Shown piece by piece: positions 1 to 12,100 of a stretch of 64,000 nt of DNA. The position numbers were made by a program, and so were the translations under genes. Source of the stretch: Eledone cirrhosa (Eukaryota); NCBI GenBank assembly GCA_964016885.1, contig OZ024744.1, positions 23,994,001-24,058,000 on the forward strand. Direction: 5' to 3'. The notes under the pieces were generated by a model. That model had not been told where the DNA came from. It worked only from the letters and a program-made list of their open reading frames with translations, and did no database searches. Position 1 is the stretch's first letter, and the number at the start of each line of letters is the position of its first letter.

Positions 1-869
1 GTTTTAACAACAGTTGAATCTTAAGAACTGACTCGTTTTAACAACAGTTCAACCTTAAGAACTGACTCGTTTTAACAACAGTTGAATCTTCAAATAAAAC
101 TCGTTTTAACAACAGTTGAATCTTAAGAATTGACTCGTTTTAACAACAGTTGAATCTTAAGACAAAACCCGTTTTAACAACAGTTGAATCTTAAGAACTG
201 ACTCGTTTTAACAACAGTTGAATCTTAAGATAAAACTCGTTTTAACAACAGTTGAATCTTAAGGACTGACTCGTTTTAACAACAGTTGAATCTTAAGATA
301 AACTCGTTTTAACAACAGTTGAATTTTAAGAACTGACTCGTTTTAACAACAGCTGAATCTTAAGATAAAACTCGTATTAACAACAGTTGCATCTTAAGAA
401 CTGACTCGTTTTAACAACAGTTGAATCTTAAGAACTGACTCGTTTTATAAACAGTTCAACCTTAGGAACTGACTCGTTTTAACAACAGTTGAATCTTAAA
501 AACTGACTCGTTTTAACCGCAGCTGAATCTTATAATACAACTCGTTTTAACAACAGTTGAATCTTCAGATAAAACCCGTTTTAACAACAGATGATTCTCA
601 AGAACTGACTCGTTTTAACAACAGTTGAATCTTAAGATAAAACTCGTTTTAGCAACAGTTGAATCTTAAGAACTGACTCGTAATAACAACAATTGAATCT
701 TAAGATAACATTCGTTTTAACAACAGTTGCGTCTTAAGAACTGACTCGTTTTAACGACAGTTGAATCTTAAGATAAACCTCGTTTTAACAACGGTTGAAT
801 CTTAAGAACTGACTCGTTTTATCAACAGTTCAACCTTAAGAACTGACTCGTTTTAACAACAGTTGAATC

Positions 870-3800
870 TTCAAATAAAACTCGTTTTAACTACAGTTGA
901 ATCTTAAGAACTGACTCGTTTTAACAACAGTTGAATCTTAAGATAAATCGTTTTAACAACAGTTGTATCTTAAGAACTGACTCATTTTAACAACAGTTGA
1001 ATCTTAAGATAAAACTCGTTTTAACAACAGTTGAATCTTAAGAACTGACTCGTTTTAATAACAGTTGAATCTTCAAATAAAACTCGTTTCAACAACAGTT
1101 GAATCTTAAGATAAACTCGTTTTAACAACAGTTGAATCTTAAGATAAACCTCGTTTTAACAACATTTGAATCTTAAGAACTGACTCGTTTTAACAACAGC
1201 TGCATCTTAAGATAAAACTCGTTTTAACAACAGTTGAATCTTAAGAACTGACTCGTTTTATCAACAGTTCAACCTGAAGAACTTACTCGTTTTAACAACA
1301 GTTGAATCTTCAAATAAAACTCGTTTTAACAACAGCTGAATCTTAAGATAACACTCGTTCTAACAAAAGTGGAATCTTAAGAACTGACTCGTTTTAACAA
1401 CAGTTCAACCTTAAGAACTGACTAGTTTTAACAACAGTTTAATCTTAGAATAAAATTCGTTTTAACAACAGTTGAATCTTAAGAACTGACTCGTTTTAAC
1501 AAAAGTTGAATCTTACGAACTGACTCGTTTTAACAATAGTTGTCTCTTTAGATAAATCTCGTTTTAACAACAGTTGAATTTTAAAACTGACTCGTTTTAA
1601 CAACAGTTCAAACTTAAGAACTGATTCGTTTTAACAACAGTTTAATCTTAAAATAAAATTCGTTTAACAACAGTTGAATCTTAAGGACTGGCTCGTTTTA
1701 ACATCACATGTATATTATGATAAAACTCGTTTTAACAACAGCTGTATCTTAAGAACTGACTCGATATGACAACAGTTGAATGTTAAGAACTGACTCGTTT
1801 TAACAACAGTTCAATCTTAAGATAAAACTGATTATAACAACAGTTGCATCTTAAGAACTGACTTGTTTTAACAACAGTTAAATCTGAAGAACTGACTCGT
1901 TTTAACAACAGTTGAATCTGAAGATAAAACTCGTTTAACAACAGTTGAATCTTAAGAACTGACTCGTTTTAACGACAGATGAATCTTATGATAAAACTCG
2001 TTTTAACAACAATTGAATCTTAAGAACTGATTCGTTTTAACAACAGTTGAATCTTAAGATAAAACTAGTTTTAACAACAGTTGAATCTTAAGATAAAACT
2101 AGTTTTAACAACAGTTGAATCTTAAGAACTGACTCGTTTTAACAACAGTTGAAACTTCAAATAAAACTTGTTTTAACAACAGTTGAATCTTAAGAACTGA
2201 CTCATTTTAACAACAGTTCAATCTTAAGAACTGATTCGTTTTAACAACAGTTGAATCTTAAGATAAAACTAGTTTTAATAACTGTTGAATCTTAAGATAA
2301 AACTCGTTTTAACAAGAGTTGAATCTTAAGAACTGACTCGTTTTAACAACAGTTGAATCTTAAATAAAACTCGTTTTAACAACAGTTGAATCTTAAGAAC
2401 TGACTCGTTTTAACAACAGTTGAATCTTAAGAACTGACTGGTTTTAACAACAGTTCAACCTTAAGAACTGACTAGTTTTAACAACAGTTGAATCTCAAGA
2501 ACTGACTCGTTTTAATAACAGTTGAATCTTAAGATAAAACTCGTTTTAACAACAGTTGAATCTTAAGAAATGACTCGTTTTAATAACAGTTGAATCTTAA
2601 GAACTGACTCGTTTTAACAACAGTTCAACCTTAAGAACTGACTCGTTGTAACAACAGTTGAAACTTCAAATAAAACTCGTTTTAACCACAGTTGAATCTT
2701 AAGAACTGAATCAATTTAACAACAGTTGAATCTTAAGAACTGACTCGTGTTAATAACAATTGAATCTTAAGATAAAACTCGTTTTAACAAAAGTTGAATC
2801 TTAAGAACTGACTCGTTTTAACAACAGCTGAATCTTAAGATAAAACTCGTTTTAACAACAGTTGAATCTTAAGAACTGACTCGTTTTATCAACAGTTCAA
2901 CCTTAAGCACTGACTCGTTTTAACAACAGTTGAATCTTCAAATAAAACTCGTTTTAATAACAGTTGAATCTTAAGAACTGACTCGTTTTAACAACAGTTG
3001 AATCTTAAGATAAAACTCGTTTTAACAACAGTTGAATCTTAAGAACTGACTCATTTTAACAACAGTTGAATCTTAAGATAAAACTCGTTTTAACAACAGT
3101 TGAATCTTAAGAACTGACTCGTTTTAACAACAGTTCAACCTTAAGAACTGACTCGTTTTAACAACAGTTGAATCTTCAAATAAAACTCGTTTTAACTACA
3201 GTTGAATCTTAAGAACTGACTCGTTTTAACAACAGTTGAATCTTAAGATAAAACTCGTTTTAACAACAGTTGAATCTTAAGAACTGACTCATTTTAACAA
3301 CAGTTGAATCTTAAGAACTGATTCGTTTTAACAACAGTTGAATCTTCAGATAAAACTCGTTTTAACTACAGTTGAATCTTAAGAACTGATTCGTTTTAAC
3401 AACAGTTGAATCTTAAGATAAAACTCGTTTTAACAACAGTTGAATCTTAAGAACTGACTCATTTTAACAACAGTTGAATCTTAAAAACTGATTCGTTTTA
3501 ACAACAGTTGAAGCTTAAGATAAAACTCGTTTTAACAACAGTTGAATCTTAAGAACTGACTCGTTTTAACAACAGTTGAATCTTAAGAAATGACTCGTTT
3601 TATTAACAGTTGAATCTTAAGAACTGACTCGTTTTATCAACAGTTCAACCTTAAGAACTGACTCATCTTAGCAACAGTTGAATCTTCAAATAAAACTCGT
3701 TTTAACAACAATTGAATCTTAAGAACTGATTCGTTTTAACAACAGCTGAATCTTAAGATAGAACTCGTTTTAACAACAGTTGAATCTTAAGATAAAATTC

Positions 3801-6150
3801 GTTTTAACAACAGTTGAATCTTAAGAACTGACTCATTTTAACGACAGCTGAATCTTTAGATAAAACTCGTTTTAACAACAGTTGAATCTTAAGAACTGAC
3901 TCGTTTTATCAACAGTTCAACCTTAAGAACTGACTCGTTTTAACAACAGTTGAATCCTCAAATAAAACTCGTTTTAACAACAGTTGAATCTTAAGAACTG
4001 ACTCGTTTTAACAACAGTTGAATCTTAAGATAAATCGTTTTAACAACTGTTGTATCTTAAGAACTGACTCATTTTAACAACAGTTGAATCTTAAGATAAA
4101 ACTCGTTTTAACAACAGTTGAATCTTAAGAACTGACTCGTTTTAACAACAGTTCAACCTTAAGAACTGACTCGTTTTAACAACAGTTGAATCTTCAAATA
4201 AAACTCGTTTTAACTACAGTTGAATCTTAAGAACTGACTCGTTTTAACAACAGTTGAATCTTAAGATAAATCGTTTTAACAACAGTTGTATCTTAAGAAC
4301 TGACTCATTTTAACAACAGTTGAATCTTAAGATAAAACTCGTTTTAACAACAGTTGAATCTTAAGAACTGACTCGTTTTAATAACAGTTGAATCTTCAAA
4401 TAAAACTCGTTTCAACAACAGTTGAATCTTAAGATAAACTCGTTTTAACAACAGTTGAATCTTAAGATAAACCTCGTTTTAACAACATTTGAATCTTAAG
4501 AACTGACTCGTTTTAACAACAGCTGCATCTTAAGATAAAACTCGTTTTAACAACAGTTGAATCTTAAGAACTGACTCGTTTTATCAACAGTTCAACCTGA
4601 AGAACTTACTCGTTTTAACAACAGTTGAATCTTCAAATAAAACTCGTTTTAACAACAGCTGAATCTTAAGATAACACTCGTTTTAACAAAAGTTGAATCT
4701 TAAGAACTGACTCGTTTTAACAACAGTTCAACCTTAAGAACTGACTAGTTTTAACAACAGTTTATTCTTAGAATAAAATTCGTTTTAACAACAGTTGAAT
4801 CTTAAGAACTGACTCGTTTTAACAAAAGTTGAATCTTACGAACTGACTCGTTTTAACAATAGTTGTCTCTTTAGATAAATCTCGTTTTAACAACAGTTGA
4901 ATTTTAAAACTGACTCGTTTTAACAACAGTTCAAACTTAAGAACTGATTCGTTTTAACAACAGTTTAATCTTAAAATAAAATTCGTTTAACAACAGTTGA
5001 ATCTTAAGGACTGGCTCGTTTTAACATCACATGTATATTATGATAAAACTCGTTTTAACAACAGCTGTATCTTAAGAACTGACTCGATATGACAACAGTT
5101 GAAAGTTAAGAACTGACTCGTTTTAACAACAGTTCAATCTTAAGATAAAACTGATTATAACAACAGTTGCATCTTAAGAACTGACTTGTTTTAACAACAG
5201 TTAAATCTGAAGAACTGACTCGTTTTAACAACAGTTGAATCTGAAGATAAAACTCGTTTAACAACAGTTGAATCTTAAGAACTGACTCGTTTTAACGACA
5301 GATGAATCTTATGATAAAACTCGTTTTAACAACAATTGAATCTTAAGAACTGATTCGTTTTAACAACAGTTGAATCTTAAGATAAAACTAGTTTTAACAA
5401 CAGTTGAATCTTAAGATAAAACTAGTTTTAACAACAGTTGAATCTTAAGAACTGACTCGTTTTAACAACAGTTGAAACTTCAAATAAAACTTGTTTTAAC
5501 AACAGTTGAATCTTAAGAACTGACTCATTTTAACAACAGTTCAATCTTAAGAACTGATTCGTTTTAACAACAGTTGAATCTTAAGATAAAACTAGTTTTA
5601 ATAACTGTTGAATCTTAAGATAAAACTCGTTTTAACAAGAGTTGAATCTTAAGAACTGACTCGTTTTAACAACAGTTGAATCTTAAATAAAACTCGTTTT
5701 AACAACAGTTGAATCTTAAGAACTGACTCGTTTTAACAACAGTTGAATCTTAAGAACTGACTGGTTTTAACAACAGTTCAACCTTAAGAACTGACTAGTT
5801 TTAACAACAGTTGAATCTCAAGAACTGACTCGTTTTAATAACAGTTGAATCTTAAGATAAAACTCGTTTTAACAACAGTTGAATCTTAAGAAATGACTCG
5901 TTTTAATAACAGTTGAATCTTAAGAACTGACTCGTTTTAACAACAGTTCAACCTTAAGAACTGACTCGTTGTAACAACAGTTGAAACTTCAAATAAAACT
6001 CGTTTTAACCACAGTTGAATCTTAAGAACTGAATCAATTTAACAACAGTTGAATCTTAAGAACTGACTCGTGTTAACAACAATTGAATCTTAAGATAAAA
6101 CTCGTTTTAACAAAAGTTGAATCTTAAGAACTGACTCGTTTTAACAACAG
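870..6150. repeat. Internal direct duplication: ~870-2830 repeated at ~4190-6150 (offset 3323)
   Basis: The 32-bp monomer tail AGATAAATCG is at 941 and 4264, and markers are at 1702 and 5025. The ordered variant string between them is the same. Confidence 0.85.
1695..1728 (+). repeat. Diverged marker monomer GTTTTAACATCACATGTATATTATGATAAAACTC (first of 25 copies)
   Basis: Six substitutions relative to class B. CATCACATG starts at 1702, 5025, 7231, 12425, 15747, 17953, 20159, 23520, 27084, 29966, 32067, 33219, 35320, 36405, 37489, 38676, 41119, 42440, 44034, 45355, 47831, 50341, 56348, 57669 and 60315 (manual count). Confidence 0.92.
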
Positions 6151-9100
6151 CTGAATCTTAAGATAAAACTAGTTTTAACAACAGTTGAATCTTAAGAACT
6201 GACTCGTTTTAACAACAGCTGAATCTTAAGATAAAACTCATTTTAACAACAGTTGAATCTTAAGAACTGACTTATTTTAACAACAGTTGAATCTTAAGAT
6301 AAAACTCGTTTTAACAACAGTTGAATCTTAAGAACTGACTCGTTTTAACAACAGTTCAACCTTAAGAACTGACTCGTTTTAACAACAGTTGAATCTTCAA
6401 ATAAAACTCGTTTTAACTACAGTTGAATCTTAAGAACTGACTCGTTTTAACAACAGTTGAATCTTAAGATAAAACTCGTTTTAACAACAGTTGAATCTTA
6501 AGAACTGACTCATTTTAACAACAGTTGAATCTTAAGAACTGATTCGTTTTAACAACAGTTGAATCTTCAGATAAAACTCGTTTTAACTACAGTTGAATCT
6601 TAAGAACTGACTCGTTTTAACAACAGTTGAATCTTAAGATAAAACTCGTTTTAACAACAGTTGAATCTTAAGAACTGACTCATTTTAACAACAGTTGAAT
6701 CTTAAGAACTGATTCGTTTTAACAACAGTTGAATCTTAAGATAAAACTCGTTTTAACAACAGTTGAATCTTAAGAACTGACTCGTTTTATCAACAGTTCA
6801 ACCTGAAGAACTTACTCGTTTTAACAACAGTTGAATCTTCAAATAAAACTCGTTTTAACAACAGCTGAATCTTAAGATAACACTCGTTTTAACAAAAGTT
6901 GAATCTTAAGAACTGACTCGTTTTAACAACAGTTCAACCTTAAGAACTGACTAGTTTTAACAACAGTTTAATCTTAGAATAAAATTCGTTTTAACAACAG
7001 TTGAATCTTAAGAACTGACTCGTTTTAACAAAAGTTGAATCTTACGAACTGACTCGTTTTAACAATAGTTGTCTCTTTAGATAAATCTCGTTTTAACAAC
7101 AGTTGAATTTTAAAACTGACTCGTTTTAACAACAGTTCAAACTTAAGAACTGATTCGTTTTAACAACAGTTTAATCTTAAAATAAAATTCGTTTAACAAC
7201 AGTTGAATCTTAAGGACTGGCTCGTTTTAACATCACATGTATATTATGATAAAACTGGTTTTAACAACAGCTGTATCTTAAGAACTGACTCGATATAACA
7301 ACAGTTGAATGTTAAGAACTGACTCGTTTTAACAACAGTTCAATCTTAAGATAAAACTGATTATAACAACAGTTGCATCTTAAGAACTGACTTGTTTTAA
7401 CAACAGTTAAATCTGAAGAACTGACTCGATTTAACAACAGTTGAATCTGAAGATAAAACTCGTTTAACAACAGTTGAATCTTAAGAACTGACTCGTTTTA
7501 ACGACAGATGAATCTTATGATAAAACTCGTTTTAACAACAATTGAATCTTAAGAACTGATTCGTTTTAACAACAGTTGAATCTTAAGGTAAAACTAGTTT
7601 TAACAACAGTTGAATCTTAAGATAAAACTAGTTTTAACAACAGTTGAATCTTAAGAACTGACTCGTTTTAACAACAGTTGAAACTTCAAATAAAACTTGT
7701 TTTAACAACTGTTGAATCTTAAGAACTGACTCATTTTAACAACAGTTCAATCTTAAGAACTGATTCGTTTTAACAACAGTTGAATCTTAAGATAAAACTA
7801 GTTTTAAAAACTGTTGAATCTTAAGATAAAACTCGTTTTAACAAGAGTTGAATCTTAAGAACTGACTCGTTTTAACAACAGTTGAATCTTAAATAAAACT
7901 CGTTTTAACAACAGTTGAATCTTAAGAACTGACTCGTTTTAACAACAGTTGAATCTTAAGAAATGACTGGTTTTAACAACAGATGAATCTTAAGAACTGA
8001 CTGGTTTTAACAACAGTTCAACCTTAAGAACTGACTAGTTTGAACAACAGTTGAATCTTAAGATAAAACTCGTTTTAAAAACAGTTGAATCTTAAGATAA
8101 AACTCGTTTTAACAACAGTTGAATCTTAAGAAATGACTCGTTTTAATAACAGTTGAATCTTAAGAACTGACTCGTTTTAACAACAGTTCAACCTTAAGAA
8201 CTGACTCGTTGTAACAACAGTTGAAACTTCAAATAAAACTCGTTTTAACCACAGTTGAATCTTAAGAACTGAATCAATTTAACAACAGTTGAATCTTAAG
8301 AACTGACTCGTGTTAACAACAATTGAATCTTAAGATGAAACTCGTTTTAACAAAAGTTGAATCTTAAGAACTGACTCGTTTTAACAACAGCTGAATCTTA
8401 AGATAAAACTCGTTTTAACAACAGTTGAATCTTAAGAACTGACTCGTTTTATCAACAGTTCAACCTTAAGCACTGACTCGTTTTAACAACAGTTGAATCT
8501 TCAAATAAAACTCGTTTTAATAACAGTTGAATCTTAAGAACTGACTCGTTTTAACAACAGTTGAATCTTAAGATAAAACTCGTTTTAACAACAGTTGAAT
8601 CTTAAGAACTGACTCATTTTAACAACAGTTGAATCTTAAGATAAAACTCGTTTTAACAACAGTTGAATCTTAAGAACTGACTCGTTTTAACAACAGTTCA
8701 ACCTTAAGAACTGACTCGTTTTAACAACAGTTGAATCTTCAAATAAAACTCGTTTTAACTACAGTTGAATCTTAAGAACTGACTCGTTTTAACAACAGTT
8801 GAATCTTAAGATAAAACTCGTTTTAACAACAGTTGAATCTTAAGAACTGACTCATTTTAACAACAGTTGAATCTTAAGAACTGATTCGTTTTAACAACAG
8901 TTGAATCTTCAGATAAAACTCGTTTTAACTACAGTTGAATCTTAAGAACTGATTCGTTTTAACAACAGTTGAATCTTAAGATAAAACTCGTTTTAACAAC
9001 AGTTGAATCTTAAGAACTGACTCATTTTAACAACAGTTGAATCTTAAGAACTGATTCGTTTTAACAACAGTTGAAGCTTAAGATAAAACTCGTTTTAACA

Positions 9101-12100
9101 ACAGTTGAATCTTAAGAACTGACTCGTTTTAACAACAGTTGAATCTTAAGAACTGACTCGTTTTATCAACAGTTCAACCTTAAGAACTGACTCATTTTAA
9201 CAACAGTTGAATCTTCAAATAAAACTCGTTTTAACAACAGTTGAATGTTAAGAACTGAATCGTTTTAACAACAGCTGAATCTTAAGATAAACTCGTTTTA
9301 ACAACAGTTGAATCTTAAGATAAACCTCGTTTTAACAACAGTTTAATCTTAAGAACTGAATCGTTTTAACAACAGTTGAATCTTAAGATAAAATTCGTTT
9401 TAACAATAGTTGAATCTTAAGAACTGATTCGTTTTAACAACAGTTCAAACTTAAGAACTGACTCGTTTTAACAACAGCTGAATCTTAAGATGAAACTCGT
9501 TTTAACAACAGTTGAATCTTAAGAACTGACTCATTTTAACAACAGTTGAATCTTAAGATAAAACATCATTTTAACAACAGTTGAATCTTAAAATAAAACT
9601 CGTTTTAACAACAGTTGAATCTTAAGAACTGACTCGTTTTAACAACAGTTGAATCTTAAGAACTGACTCGTTTTAACAACAATTCAACCTTAAGAACTGA
9701 CTCGTTTTAACAACAGTTGAATCTTAAGAACTGACTCGTTTTAACAACAGTTGAATCTTCAAATAAAACTCGTTTTAACAACAGTTGAATCTTAAGAACT
9801 GACTCGATTTAACAACAGTTGAGTCTTAAGATAAAACTCGTTTTAACAACAGTTGAATCTTAAGAACTGACTCGTTTTAACAACAGCTGAATCTTAAGAT
9901 AAAACTCGTTTTAACAACAGTTGAATCTTAAGAACTGACTCGTTTTAACAACAGTTCAACCTTAAGAACTGACTCGTTTTAACAACTGTTGAATATTCAA
10001 ATAAAACTCGTTTTAACAACAGTTGAATCTTAAGAATTGACTCGTTTTAACAACAATTAAATCTTAAGACAAAACCCGTTTTAACAACAGTTGAATCTTA
10101 AGAACTGACTCGTTTTAACAACAGTTGAATCTTAAGATAAAATTCGTTTTAACAACAGTTGAATCTTAAGAACTGATTCGTTTTAACAACAGTTCAAACT
10201 TAAGAACAGACTCGTTTTAACAACAGTTGAATCTTCAAATAAACCTCGTTTTAACAACAGTTGCATCTTAAGAACTGGCTCGTTTTAACAACAGTTGAAT
10301 CTTAAGAACTGACTCGTTTTAACAACAGTTGAATCTTCAAATAAAACTCGTTTTAACAACAGTTGAATCTTAAGAACTGACTCGTTTTAACAACAGTTGA
10401 ATCTTAAGATAAAATTCGTTTTAACAACAGTTGAATCTTAAGAACTAATTCGTTTTAACAACAGTTCAAACTTAAGAACAGACTCGTATTAACAACAGTT
10501 GAATCTTATTATAAAACTCATTTTAACAACAGTTCAACCTTAAGAACTGACTCGTTTTAACAACAGTTGAATCTTCAAATAAACCTCGTTTTAACAACAG
10601 TTGCATCTTAAGAACTGGCTCGTTTAAACAACAGTTGAATCTTAAGATAAAACTCGTTTTAACAACAGTTGAATCTTAAGAACTGACTCGTTTTAACAAC
10701 AGTTGAATCTTCAAATAAAACTCGTTTTAACAACAGTTGAATCTTAAGAACTGACTCGTTTTAACAACAGTTCAACCTTAAGAACTGACTCGTTTTAACA
10801 ACAGTTGAATCTTCAAATTAAACTCGTTTTAACAACAGTTGAATCTTAAGAATTGACTCGTTTTAACAACAGTTGAATCTTAAGACAAAACCCGTTTTAA
10901 CAACAGTTGAATCTTAAGAACTGACTCGTTTTAACAACAGTTGAATCTTAAGATAAAACTCGTTTTAACAACAGTTGAATCTTAAGGACTGACTCGTTTT
11001 AACAACAGTTGAATCTTAAGATAAACTCGTTTTAACAACAGTTGAATTTTAAGAACTGACTCGTTTTAACAACAGCTGAATCTTAAGATAAAACTCGTAT
11101 TAACAACAGTTGCATCTTAAGAACTGACTCGTTTTAACAACAGTTGAATCTTAAGAACTGACTCGTTTTATAAACAGTTCAACCTTAGGAACTGACTCGT
11201 TTTAACAACAGTTGAATCTTAAAAACTGACTCGTTTTAACCGCAGCTGAATCTTATAATACAACTCGTTTTAACAACAGTTGAATCTTCAGATAAAACCC
11301 GTTTTAACAACAGATGATTCTCAAGAACTGACTCGTTTTAACAACAGTTGAATCTTAAGATAAAACTCGTTTTAGCAACAGTTGAATCTTAAGAACTGAC
11401 TCGTAATAACAACAATTGAATCTTAAGATAACATTCGTTTTAACAACAGTTGCGTCTTAAGAACTGACTCGTTTTAACGACAGTTGAATCTTAAGATAAA
11501 CCTCGTTTTAACAACGGTTGAATCTTAAGAACTGACTCGTTTTATCAACAGTTCAACCTTAAGAACTGACTCGTTTTAACAACAGTTGAATCTTCAAATA
11601 AAACTCGTTTTAACTACAGTTGAATCTTAAGAACTGACTCGTTTTAACAACAGTTGAATCTTAAGATAAATCGTTTTAACAACAGTTGTATCTTAAGAAC
11701 TGACTCATTTTAACAACAGTTGAATCTTAAGATAAAACTCGTTTTAACAACAGTTGAATCTTAAGAACTGACTCGTTTTAATAACAGTTGAATCTTCAAA
11801 TAAAACTCGTTTCAACAACAGTTGAATCTTAAGATAAACTCGTTTTAACAACAGTTGAATCTTAAGATAAACCTCGTTTTAACAACATTTGAATCTTAAG
11901 AACTGACTCGTTTTAACAACAGCTGCATCTTAAGATAAAACTCGTTTTAACAACAGTTGAATCTTAAGAACTGACTCGTTTTATCAACAGTTCAACCTGA
12001 AGAACTTACTCGTTTTAACAACAGTTGAATCTTCAAATAAAACTCGTTTTAACAACAGCTGAATCTTAAGATAACACTCGTTCTAACAAAAGTTGAATCT

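Noticed and set aside
11-16. Conserved E-box/Myb-like site: CAGTTG with variants CAGCTG, CAGATG, CAGGTG, CATTTG, CAATTG and CACATG all keeping CANNTG
   Set aside because: Equally common variants destroy it (CAGTTC, AAGTTG, TAGTTG, GAGTTG, CTGTTG, CAGTTT, AGGTTG), so no constraint is evident by eye. A 6-bp motif alone is not evidence of regulation.
205-272. CRISPR array: the class B monomer has GTTTT...AAAAC ends and a 32-34 bp length reminiscent of type II-A CRISPR direct repeats
   Set aside because: Units abut directly with no unique spacers. The variable part is a two-state 4-bp block, and there is no leader or cas gene in 64 kb.
1708-1722. TATA or -10 promoter-like TATATTAT in the marker monomer
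   Set aside because: It is a short AT-rich match inside a repeat unit, with no downstream gene or other promoter evidence.
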